Origin: Lama guanicoe | Lineage: Eukaryota | Direction: 5' to 3' | Assembly: GCA_013239625.1 (NCBI GenBank) | Contig: MU053994.1 | Coordinates: 747,775 to 811,774 of the forward strand | DNA: 64,000 nucleotides | Shown: positions 11,884 through 23,450 of the stretch, piece by piece | Numbering within the stretch: the stretch's first letter is position 1 | Layout: each line of letters opens with the position of its first letter | Position numbers and translations under genes: made by a program | Notes under the pieces: generated by a model | Told to the model about the DNA's origin: nothing | What the model saw: the letters and a program-made list of their open reading frames with translations, nothing else | Database searches by the model: none

Positions 11884-13214
11884 CTATAAAGAAAACACAA
11901 AGAGGAAAAAGGGTTTTCAGAGGTAGCAGGGATAGCAAGTTACTATATTTCCAACAAAGCATTTATTTTTTAATTTAGAAAAATTATGTGTCTTTAAAGA
12001 AAAGTACTACCTGACATTTACACCAGCTAGCTACTGTTATGAAATGTTTCCAAAATGATAAAGGATAGGGAATAACCTGATGTAAATCACTTTAGACATG
12101 TCCATATTTTTATCTCAATAGCAAAGACAGAATGTCCTTTTCTATAATAACCTTTCCTTATTCGAATGTCTCTAAACAGAAAATGGTTTCCTCCTTTCGA
12201 GCTGTCTACCAGCAACCTAACTGAATGTCTGCACGAGTCACACTGGACTTATCCTGCGCAAGTCCCAGGTCAAAATGGCCTGGAAGTCCTTGCTCTGAGA
12301 ACACTGTGGGAATGATGCTGTAAAGGAAGAAAAACATTAAATAAATGTATTTCACTAACTTTTTAACTTTACAATTGATACTTGAAAATAAATAATCTAA
12401 CTTCAGAGAACAAGGAAATGCGTTAGCATACATAGCATCTCAAAAACAGGTTAACTTAAACGTGCTTTCTGATAAGGGTTGCAATGTCAGAGAAAAAACT
12501 AAGGGAAATATTTTAGAAAGGAATTATCAAGACTTATTTACTTGCATCTTTTAATTAATTTAAGACATTTAAAGCTTTGAAGTGGTTTAATAATAAGGCA
12601 AATAAAAGGAACATAAAAAAATAAGAACCAAAAGGAGGAGGTCAAAATGCCAACTGCGCGGCTGGCAGAACGAAGGGATGGAGCTGCAGGCACAGCGCTG
12701 GCGCTCCTGACAGCCAGAGCAACAGCGTCTGTCACACAGCTCCCAGGACGGGAAAAGAGCGCGCACCAGCAGCTGCTTCAGTGAGACTCGTTTATCTCGG
12801 CTCCAAAAGTTAAAGAAATTTCTCATACAGGATTTTGATAGGGAGGGCAGAGAGATGCAATGACATTACAGACTGCATTTTAATAACATATATCCAACAG
12901 ATTTCTATGATGTTTCTGACAGCAACTTCATTAAAGCTGAAGTGTAACTTTCAGAACATACAATGAAGATAATATTTAAGAATATCTAGTGTATACATCT
13001 ATCAAAATCCATCAAATTGTACATCTGAAATATGTGTAGTTTACTGTGCAGAAATTATACCACAATAAAGTTGTCAAAATTTTTTTTTAATTTTGTTAAT
13101 GCCTATTGGTAATGGTTAAAAATGGAATAAAGATTTTGTCTTGCAAAAAAAAAAGACATGGGTAAATGAGAGTTATTGCTGAATAAATTAAGCTGAAATC
13201 TGGAAAAAAAATAA

Positions 13215-13497
13215 ATATAGACACAAAAGGTCACATATTGTGTGATTCCATTTGTATGAACTATCCAGAGTAGATAAATTCATAGAAAAAGAAATTTGAT
13301 TGGTGGTGGCTGGGAGCTGGGGGGGTGGGGGAATGGGGAGAAACTGGTTACTGACGAAGGGGTTTACTTTAGAGTGATGAAAATGTTTTGAAACTGGATA
13401 GAGGTAGTGGTTGCCTAATACTGTTAATGTACTAAATGCAACAGAATTGTTCACTTTGAAATTGTGAATTTTATGTTATGCAAATTTCACCTCAATG
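13215..13497 (+). mobile_element. Old L1 (L1MB-type) 3' end
   Basis: GACACAAAAGGTCACATATTGTGTGATTCCATTT...TTTCACCTCAAT. Confidence 0.75.
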
Positions 13498-13764
13498 AAG
13501 TATTTTGGGGTTTAAAAAGAATATCTAAAGGAGCAGATGGATAGCATAGCTTAGAACTTATTTAACAATTACCTTCTAAATGTATGTAAGCATGAAATTA
13601 TAATATATGTCATGATTTTAAGTTCTATTTTTAATGTCTTCTAAAAACACAGGGTCAATGAGGGAAAATTAAACAGCACTGCTGTTTTCAATTTACTGAC
13701 TTGGTATATCCTAGTCTCAAAAAAAAAGAGATGTGTCCCAGTTTGAAATGGAAAAAAATCTTAC

Positions 13765-13923
13765 CAGTCAGTACAGCTGAAGTATTAGATCCAGCAGAAA
13801 GTTGTTTAATCTTATGCTGGGATGTAAAAAAACTAACTAGATGAAAAGTGTTTCTCTCTTCAGTGTCACCAAGTCCTAGCTGTCCTTCATTATTTCCTCC
13901 AGCTGCATAAACTTTGCCTCCTT
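13765..13923 (-). CDS. RPGR: RPGR exon 5 (159 nt): [53 protein letters not shown]
   Basis: Within ORF 13688..13993; CAG acceptor and GTAAGA donor. Confidence 0.97.
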
Positions 13924-14419
13924 CTGCACATGGAAAAGAAAATATCAGTATACCATCGCCACCATCTTTGTGAGACAGGCCGGTGTACCCCACATAGTTC
14001 CTCTAGTACCAGAGGAGAGAGATGAAAGCTGACATTATCCTGCAATTTGGTGAACTTCATTTTGGTGTCAAAAACACAGCCAAACAAACAAGGCTTTACA
14101 TTTCTGTGAGATTTCATAAATCATTCTAGAGTTTAAGTAGCAATTGAAATGCATAATATGTGTGGAATGTATTTTCTTGCTTAGGCAGTACTATTAATTC
14201 AGAGCAAAAAAGATGAAAGTAATTTCCAAATTAATTTATAATCCAAATCAAACTATTTCAAAAGAGATGTGGTTCATTAATTTTAACTTCCATACCCATT
14301 AAAGCTAAGATATAACAGGTAACATATAAGTAAAATGGGGCAAATACAAGAAGAATATAATTAGAAACACGAAAATTCTATGTTGTGTAATTATATTTTA
14401 ATTTTTTAGCTAAATAGGA

Positions 14420-14675
14420 AGGCAGTATAGCATTGTGTTTAGGAGAGAGGACACCAAAGCCAGATTTCCTAGGTGCGAATTCTGGCTTGCCACTAATCAG
14501 CTGTATAACTTTGGGCAAGCTAACCTTAACCTCTCAGTGTTGTATTTTGCTCATCTGTAAAATGGGATAATAATAGTGCCTACTTTACAGAAGTATTATG
14601 AAGATTAAATTAACATTTATAAAATTCTTAGAATGGCATTTGGCTCATTGTAAGCACTATATAAATGTTTGTTAA
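14420..14675. mobile_element. MIR SINE
   Basis: Core CTCATCTGTAAAATGGGATAATAATAGT with upstream TTGGGCAAG. Confidence 0.8.
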
Positions 14676-15274
14676 TTATTTTATTAATCACATAAGAAGT
14701 ATATCATGCCTAGGTAATAAACACTGCCAGTAACCTCTAAAGCAATGAAACATAAACACGTACATAATAAAATTAAATATGTCTGTCATAAAAATGCACA
14801 TGAAATTAAAGCCTCACTAAATTATAGTGGAAACTGAGGGCAAAATCATATTGAATCAGTTAAAAATTTTAAATTAGATGTTACTTTAGAAAAAATGAAA
14901 CCCAGTTGAGGAAACAAGACTAGCTTTCAAATGGAAGACACTACAAGGCCACATGGAATTGGCCCACACAACTGAACACATCTGGAGCAAAGCAGAGTTC
15001 ATAGAATGCTGAAGCAGTTCAGAGAACGATATGAGGAAGAAGCTGAATAGCCACAAAAAGCTCCATGGGAGAAGTAAGCCTTACACTGGATCTTAAAAGA
15101 ATCTGAATAAGAGAAGGAGAAAAGACATTTCAGCAAAGGAAAATTATAAGTGAGGGCAGAGAGGCGAGGGGAGCCGAGGCAGTGAGAAGAGCCTGAAGAC
15201 AGAAGCAGCTGTGTGGCAGAAAAGGATGGTAGGAAAGACTGCCCCATGGTCAAGGCCTGGATGTCTAACTGTTT

Positions 15275-15569
15275 CAGCAGGATTTGTTGAAGACTGCCTT
15301 TTCTTCACTGAATTGCCTTGGCACCTCTGTCATCTACCACTTGGGTGTAAACTTGTGGGTCTTTTTCTGGACTCTACTCTGTTCCATTAATCTTTGTCTT
15401 AATCTTTTCACTAATAGCACAGTGTCTTGATTAGCTTTACAGTAGGTCTTGAAATCTAGTAGTGCTAAGTCCTTCAATTTTGATCTTTTCAAATTGTTTT
15501 CGCTATTCTAGGTCCCGTGCTTTTCCATTCAAACTTTAGAATCACCTTGTCAATTTCCTCTCTCTCACA

Positions 15570-15610
<41 letters not shown>

Positions 15611-15660
15611 ACAGACACACAGACAAAGCCTGTTTGGATTTTGATTGGATTGTGCTAACT
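15275..15660 (-). mobile_element. Old L1 ORF2 fragment containing a (CA)n microsatellite at ~15565-15620
   Basis: TTGTTGAAGACT..TGAATTGCCTTGGCACCT..TTTAGAATCA L1 antisense signature. Confidence 0.7.
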
Positions 15661-15991
15661 CACATCAATAGCCTTTTGAGGAGGGCTTCCACTCACCCTC
15701 AGAAAAGAAGAGGGAAGAGCAAGATCAGGAGCAAGCTGCCCCTGAGGTGTGCACACAGGTAAGGAGATGCCGTCCCTAGACATAAGCCAAGGAAAGAAGC
15801 TTTTCCTTCAGCCACTCAACATTTATCTGCATATAGGCAAACAAGTGTGTTAACCATTTACATTTTTAAAAATCCTAATCTTATTGTTGCCAATGTACCA
15901 TTTCTGTTAATTTTACAAAGCCGTAAATGTTACTGGAGTGAGACCTCAGTCCTCAAACTGGGCAGGAAGTCATACAGATTGAATACTATAC

Positions 15992-16054
15992 CCGTTGAAA
16001 CTAGGGTGTGGTTCCTTCCACAGGCAGCAAATTTCACTTTTTCTTGTTTTAAAG
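15992..16054 (-). CDS. RPGR: RPGR exon 4 (63 nt): ALKQEKVKFAACGRNHTLVST
   Basis: RCC1 ACGxxHT motif; TAG acceptor after a T-rich tract, GTATAG donor. Confidence 0.95.
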
Positions 16055-17504
16055 CTAAAAAATATAAAAACACGACAATTAAGACATTTTATGATTATGA
16101 AAATGATAAATAATCCAGGTCAAATGATAACCAAGTAGTGCAACAGACTTAAACCCAGGCCTGTCTGACTCCAAAGGTGATATTCATAACTAATGAATCA
16201 AGTTTTCAGAACTAGTTGTTCATCATAATAACCAGTGGAGCTCTGAGAAAAATACAGATAGCTCAGCCCCACCCCTAGAGAATCTGAGTCAGTTGCTCTG
16301 AGGTAAGGCCTAGGCATCTACATATTTTTTTAAAAGCCACAAGCAATTAATGTGCGGCAATCCACCGCATTGCTATGGTGCCTCTTCACCGACCTGAGAC
16401 CTGATCTGTTTCCTAATCTGCCATCACCATCATCAAGCTAACTTTCTACTTCACGCAACAAAACACCAAGTCCGATACTCATAGGCATACGCCTATGTTA
16501 AAGTTCTTCATTCACTCATTTACATATTAAAAACATTTACAGAACATCTCCTAAATGTTTAGCATCGGGGCTGCAAAGATCACTAAGACAGAATCCCTGG
16601 CCTCAAGGATCTCTTCGTAGAGACAATCCTGCTAGCTTATCTATCAGATATTTGAGAGTAAGGATTATAGGCACCGTAAATAAACCCAATGGTTTAGTAG
16701 ATGGTTCAATAAATACTTTTGAACAAGCAGAACACTTTAAAAGTTCCACAACAATATCTATAAATAGCATGGATATGATAGTTATACTGAAACTTTGAGC
16801 TGAAATTTAAAATTTGGCTAGGAAGATAAAGAATCCAGCTACTATCACATCCCAAGGAATCTCCATCGCCATTCACGTATTGCTGTTGGTAGGTTACAAC
16901 CAAGCAGAAGCTTTGCACATAACAGGGAGAAAGTTTTGTAAAGGTATTGTATGTCCCATATTTTCTGGGACAGTCCTAATTGGAAATATTTTGTCCTGTT
17001 GTTCTTGTAAGAATACTAGTAATAATCAATCCCTAGTTGCGATATTTTGTTCGGCACTTCTGCTCACTCTATACAGCAGGATAAAGTGTGTTTTATAAAA
17101 GCGGCAACTGTATACAACCATGATGTCCACAACTCTAACAAATGAGACAGAGCTAAAAATCCTAACATGTCATATTGTTTGTTTTCTATATATGCAATAA
17201 CAGTGACATTTAAGTAGGTTTACAAACAGGCAAAAAAAAAAGGATGTTCATGTGTAATACTGTAGAATCATTACTTCTTTTGCGGTCTCTGGGTTTAAAA
17301 TCAATGTGATTTTTAGACCCTAACATATAAAAGTAATTCTAAATACCATATGAAAAAGTTAAATGCTAGTAATATTCAAGTAAATCTCAGAAAATAAAGA
17401 ACTAAAGGGTTTATCATTCATAATATAATATGAAAGAACTACACAATATAAAAGTACTTTATATAGTTTAGTAATTAAAGCGTTAAGGAAGAAAAGACCC
17501 CAAC

Positions 17505-17597
17505 CTTTGACACATGTTGGCTTGCTAACAGTTGATTTTGAACCTAATCCCAACTGGCCCCAGTTGTTACAGCCAAACATGAAAAGTTTATTATTTC
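17505..17597 (-). CDS. RPGR: RPGR exon 3 (93 nt): [31 protein letters not shown]
   Basis: RCC1 GQLG motif in ORF 17359..17640; AG/GT boundaries at 17598-17599 and 17503-17504. Confidence 0.97.
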
Positions 17598-17984
17598 CTG
17601 GAGGGAAGGAAAAAGAAATAATAAATTGAAGCATTTTCAAGATAAAGTAATATGAGATGAAGTCATCACAATGCAGTAAAAAAGCTGTACTTAAACACTG
17701 TCATTGCTTTTACATGTTGAAACAGATCACCTTGTCCGTCTACCTATAGCCAGATTCTGTTAGGTGTAGAGTTTCTAAGAATATGTATAGAAAATCACAC
17801 TTAAATATACTAAGGGAAACTAAAATTTAGAAGACGCCCTTGATAAGTCAATTTGTCAAGAATTCTTTGGAAAAGGAAAAAAAGCCACTTTCTGTGTATT
17901 TTCAACATGTTTCAAACACAACACATCTACAATACTTAGGATTCTTTAAGTATTACTATCTTCATTTAGGATTTTAATACTAAC

Positions 17985-18110
17985 CTGTAATAATAGCAGT
18001 ATGTTCATCTCCACATGAAAGATATATAGGTATGTCATTTTTAAACCAGAATTTGCTGGGAGTATTTTCAGCAAATTTAGTTTTTCCAAATGTAAACACA
18101 GCACCCGAAT
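17985..18110 (-). CDS. RPGR: RPGR exon 2 (126 nt): [42 protein letters not shown]
   Basis: CAG acceptor (plus-strand ct at 18111-18112), GTTAGT donor (ac at 17983-17984); translation matches the RPGR N-terminus. Confidence 0.97.
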
Positions 18111-18650
18111 CTGCAAATACATGAGAGTTTCGATTTCACAACTTTTATTATGTTGCCTGCGAACTAAAATATTTTTCCAGTAATTTATCTATAAAGATTC
18201 CTTGTCTCCTAACAGCTTTGCTTTTGCTCTTGACCATCTATAACCTCCTTTTTCCATCTTAATTCAGTTTTACTCCTCAGACTTCATTTTAGTTTTATTT
18301 ATAAAATCTAATAAATTAAACATATATTATTCATTTACAGGTGTAAAGTAAGAAACTGTCACAAAGGAGGCAGTCCTGCTGTCATGAGGTGGACCATCTG
18401 CTCCCTGCAATGAGCTGATACACTCAATGCCCTCCTCATGCTGGTGAACACCTGGTGGTCTAGCCCCTGACTGAGGGTTTTTCTCCACACACAGAAACAG
18501 GACAGTATTGAGTTTCATCCTTAACACCATGAGAAGGCAGGATGTTGAGATTTACCATTCCTAAATGAAGTCATTATATACTCCCTGATGTGAGGACACA
18601 GTTTTAATCCAGTACCATTTTGGAGAGAGACTAAAAACTCCTACCAGATC

Positions 18651-18659
18651 CCAATAACT

Positions 18660-18701
<42 letters not shown>

Positions 18702-18763
18702 AATAACTAAATACACACACACCCCCCCAATAACTAAATACACACACACACACACACACCCCA
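18651..18763. repeat. Compound repeat: three CCAATAACTAAA units each followed by (AC)n
   Basis: Direct reading. Confidence 0.95.
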
Positions 18764-19439
18764 AATGATACTGTCATTTTGTTTAGTTTCTTGTATCTCT
18801 AAGTTGTGAACTCAAGGCAGGAATTTAATCGTGTCTGAGTCAAGAGCATGGCAGAAACGCAATACATATTTCAGTGAATACATGATTTTGCTTTAATCCA
18901 GTGTTTTTTCAAACTGTTGGTCGTGATCCATTAGTGGGTCATAAAATCAACTTAGTGGGGTCACGATTACCATTTTTAAAGGAATGTATTATAGAAAAGA
19001 GCTGAGCGCATCCCAAGTGGCTAGACTTAGTACTGCTTCATAAAACGTGTCTCTGTTACACAGTATATACATGATACCGACTCACAACGTCAAACGTTAT
19101 TTCTGGAGTTCAGGGGAAAGTCTTAAAAAACCACTCGCTAACGGCTCCCTCCTTCCTCCCAGTCGTCTTCCCCATCCTTTTTTTAACCCCACGTCCCCTG
19201 GTCACCCACTCTTTACTGCGTTCAGTACACAACCAGGTCCGGAGCACCTCGACGAAAGTAATTTGGGAAGTTCATAGGGAGGTAAAAGGTAGCCCTGCCT
19301 TCGAGAAACTCATCGAAAACCTCCTTTAAAAGAATGAGGAGAAAAAAGACCAGCACCCCCTTCCCCATTGTTCCCCCTCCGTCCTTCCCCTTCTTTCTTT
19401 TCCTCTCAGTCACCCTCGGGGGTACAGCCAGAACTCTGA

Positions 19440-19960
19440 CCAAAGTCGGGCCGCGGCGGCCCGGGCCTGTCCCTCGACGGGGCCGGCCCGGAGGCGGGGC
19501 CTGGCCGCCCGCCCGCCCGCGGACCCTCCCTCCCGGCCCGCCGAGACTCGGTGGGGCCTAAAGCTGCGCCTCAGCCCCGACGAGGGCCCCGGAAGCCCCC
19601 TGGGTCCCCATAACGACACTCGGGGCATCGGCGACTCCCGCGTTCCCGGAAGTCAACAAACAGCCGCTAAGGGCAACGGAGGCGGGACGTTAGGGCGCGA
19701 GGCGGAGCGAGGGCCGGAGGGAAGGGGAGCGGAGGGCGGGCGACCGGCACGGCGCAGGCGCAGGCGCAGCGGGCGGGGAAGTAGAGGCCGCGCGCCCTCT
19801 GGTGGCCCCGAGAGGAGCGGCGGCCACGCCGCGCAGTACTGTGCCGGCGCGCGCAGGCTTGTTTGTGCAGACCCAGGCCACCCAGGGCCCGGGTCTGGAT
19901 AGTGACAGACGTCACAAATATCACGTCCCCTGTCAGTCAAGTCATGTGACACAGGCAAAC
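19440..19960 (-). promoter_or_regulatory. RPGR: RPGR CpG-island promoter
   Basis: Very high GC/CpG content; ETS CCGGAAGT 19646-19653; NRF1-like GCGCAGGCGCAGGCGCA 19752-19768; GC box GGGCGGGG 19771-19778; RFX X-box-like sites 19604-19617 and 19664-19677; E-box GTCATGTGAC 19941-19950. Confidence 0.85.
19550..19628 (-). CDS. RPGR: RPGR exon 1 remnant: upstream ATG segment MPRVSLWGPRGLPGPSSGLRRSFRPH; canonical 3' part and donor not found
   Basis: ATG in the CpG island; MPRVSL resembles the recalled mouse Rpgr N-terminal extension MTRVSL; no phase-1 GT donor in this frame. Confidence 0.5.
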
Positions 19961-20792
19961 GTCAACACACAACTGTAATGATACTAGTAATGGTGACCAT
20001 CTATAACTCTAAATGAGATAGGCACTCTGCTAAATATCCTAAACCACATTTGTATCCCCAACATCTAACCCAAGACCTGGCATATACTAGATGCTCGTTA
20101 AACACGAATTGATTAAATGAGTCCAACTACAGCCCTGTAAGGTGGTTAATGTTACTACCGTTTATGGATGAGAAGACTGTACAGTGGGAGAGCTGATGTC
20201 CAGTTTAACCAGTCCCACCTGTAATCTGAACGCACCCCCTCCCCGCCGCCGCCAACGCCGCTTCTTCTACAGAAGGCTGAGGTGTGCAGTCCGCTACTGA
20301 CAGGAACATGCACAAAGAGATTTACCAACAGTAGAACATCATTATTCTAGAATTAGCTCAGATATGTTTTATTTTTCTGCAGTTTCATAGTCTCCCGTGC
20401 ATCAACACTTGGCCATCATAAACAAAGAGGCAAAATGCCATCTTCCCGGATCAGTAAATGTATGTACATGTGGTAGTTGCCGGCATGGGCTCTAGAATCA
20501 AAGCCGGACGCAAGGATCCCTGAATTCCTGTGTGTACCGCAGCGTGTATTGACTTTCTCAGGCAGTTTGCATTAAAATTGGGAGGGGGAGATTAAATGAT
20601 CGAATATACAAATAATTGTTTACTTACAAAGCAAAGTAGGGGTTACTAAGAAAGTGATTAATAGGGAGCATTAACCTGGTGTGAGAAGTTAGGAAAAGTT
20701 TATCTGAAGAGAGGACATTAAATCTAAGAACTGAAGAAGGAGCAGCTGAGAAGGGTGACAGAGCTCTGAGCCGAGAGTAAATCACATTCAAA

Positions 20793-21328
20793 TGTTGCAG
20801 AAGAGGGAAATGTCACGTCTTGGGACCCGCAAGGGTCCTTAGGACAAGCCACCAAGTTGAGGATTCTTGGCTTCGCACAGGAAAGAATTCAAGAACGAGC
20901 CAAAGAAAAGCGAGAGTGAGTTTATTTAGAGAGATACACACTTTATAGGCAGAATGTAGACCTTCTCAGAAAGTGAGGGTGGTCCCAGGGCACAACGAGG
21001 TCGAAGGTTTTTATGGGTTAAGTAATTTCATAGGCTAACGAGTGGGAGAAATATTCTTGCTATTTCAGGGAAGGGTGGGGATTACCCGGGAATTGGGCCA
21101 CTGCCCACTTTTTGGCCTTTTATGGTCCACCTCAGAATTGTCATGGCATAAGGGGGAGTGATTTTTAGTATTACAGTGAAGCTATAATGAGCTAAAGGTC
21201 AATGACCAGGCTATTCTCAAAGTCACCTTGGTTTCAGCTGGTTTCAGCCAGTTCCAGCCAGTCTTTATCAAATCCCAACAGCTTCATTTGTCTAGCATTT
21301 GTGTCCTGCCCCTTTCCCTCCTGTCTCA
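20793..21328 (-). mobile_element. ERV1-class solo LTR (536 bp)
   Basis: TG...CA termini; 4-bp TSD CAAA (20789-20792 and 21329-21332); minus-strand AATAAA (TTTATT at ~20921). Confidence 0.85.
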
Positions 21329-23044
21329 CAAAGGGTCCTAAGGAGCTTGGCTCTTTCCAGGAGCTCGAACAGGTGACACTGGCCATGGCAAAATGTCAGG
21401 ATCTTCGGACTATTAAATCTCAGATTTTATCCTGAGGTCAACGGGAAGCCGCTGAGGGTTTTTAAGCAATGGATTGATTGGATCAGTTATATGTATTGCG
21501 GCAATCATTCTGCCTGGCTGCTTTGTGGAAAATCATTTGGAGCAGGGAGGAGAGTTCAGAGGCTATTTCAGAAATTCAGACAAGCAATCGCATTGGCTTG
21601 AAATACACTGCATTGGCACCTGAGAGGAGCAGACAGATTCGAGAATATTTTAGGGAGAATCAACAGGAAATGGTGTCTGACTATTGACTTCTAGGCAGGG
21701 CAGGACTACCAAATAGCTCTTAGAGCAACAGCAAAAGAAGGGGCCCTAAATTATTTTGGAAAGGATTTGATATTTTTTTAAAAGCATCATAATAGTCACA
21801 GTGGGAAAATCAGAATTTCAGCGACTCACTTTTGTTATGATATGGTTTAGTTTAGTTATGATATTTCTGAAATCTAGTAAAGCACATTTTCCTGCTGAGC
21901 ATTCCCAAAGGTACTGATGCAACCCCATTCCCAGGTTCCAACATAAGCAAATAGGGGGAGGGTGGCACCATGTACCATGGGGAATGCAGAGGAAGGAGCA
22001 GGAGGGGTTGAAGTTCAGTAAGTAGAGGGGGGAGAACTTGACAGCCCAGCCTTGTGCACACTAAGACATCAAAGTGGAGGCGAGGAACTGAGCCGGCAAC
22101 TGGTGAGCAGAAGCTCCAGACAGAGGTACCCATTTGGGGGATGCCTAGGTCTATGTAGTGATAACAGCCTTGGTGTTATCTGCTCGGTGGAAGACTGGGA
22201 AGTGACTATAGAATGAAAAGGAAAGAGAGGCTGGGATGAGTTTGTGACGAGGGCTAAAATTTAATTGCCCAGTAACAGATGATGAAGCTGGAAAGGAGAC
22301 AGAGTGACCAGAGATGAAGAGCCTACAGAATGGGGTTTCAACAGGAGGGTGTGGGCAATCTTGTCAAGTGGATGCTGAGAAATGACGTTAGGTGCAAACT
22401 GTCCACTGAACTCAGCCGTGCGGAGATCATGGTGTTGAAAATAGCCGTTAGGTAGAGTGATGGAAGAAGAACCAATATTGGAGTAGTTGGAGAGTGGGGG
22501 ACGCTGAGCGAAAGAAGTGAGGCTGAACGCTTTGGAGGAAGGAGACAGAGATGGGCTAGGAGAGGAGGGAGAAGGGAGATAGTGGTTGGAGGAGGAAGGG
22601 AGGTGGATGGAGGGCTCTTGTTAAGCGTGGAGAGACTTGGGAATTCTGAGAGGCAGACTGAATAGAAGGGGAGAAACACACAGATTCAGGAGAGTGAAGG
22701 AATAATCACTGATGTAAGGGAGGAAGAGATGGCACCCAGATCTCATGTGGAGGGACTGGCCTTAGTGAGAAGAGACACTACTTCCAGCATAACAAGAAAG
22801 GAAGAAAGCCTCCTTTCACAATAAACTACTGCTATATATGATACATTCACATCTAGATAGCAAAGATACCGTTGACACCTATGATGTAGATACATATCAT
22901 GTACATCATACTATATAGGACAATATTGTTGTCTGTGTCAGAAGGCTATTGTGGGATACATGTAGAACTCACAGCATGGCACCTGGAACAGAGTCACATG
23001 CAGCAGTGTTAAGGCAGTGTCCACTATGCTGACTGTATCCGTCA

Positions 23045-23450
23045 GTATAATCCAGGCTACGCTGCGATGCAAACAACACCTAAGTCTCAGTGGCTTAACA
23101 CAAACGAGAAAGTTTCTTTCTCACTCGTGCGGTATGTCCAGTGTGGGTCAGCGGGGGATCCACTCCACCTGGCCACTCAGGGACCCCGGCTACTAATTCA
23201 ACTACCTTGTACTAATTCAGCTATCTTGTAGCTGCACCCTAGGTGACCTCTGGCCTCTTTGGTTGCTGTAGCAGATCAAGAGGGAGAGGAAGCAAGGAAG
23301 TAAATGTTTCAGGCCAGAGGGGATGCTTTTCTCCTTCTTACAACCCACCGGTCAGCTCCAGTGTTCTGTGCCCCTGTGCACCGCAGTGGGGTGGGAAAAT
23401 GGGTGAGCACACTTGACATTCTGTGAGTAAGAAATTCCTTGGCCACATCC
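23045..23450. mobile_element. MaLR (MLT1-type) LTR remnant
   Basis: CAAACAACACC..TCTCAGTGGCTTAACACAA..TTTCTCACTC signature. Confidence 0.6.

Larger units (their letters stand above)
1..19680 (-). other. RPGR: RPGR gene, 5' part (exons 1-8 and introns; continues beyond left edge)
   Basis: Seven spliced exons encoding the RCC1-like domain, in the correct order with GT-AG boundaries; CpG island at the 5' end; adjacent to OTC as in other mammals. Confidence 0.97.

Noticed and set aside
19653..19958. Pro/Arg/Ala-rich ORFs over the promoter
   Set aside because: CpG-island compositional artefacts; no homology to RPGR and no usable splice donor identified.
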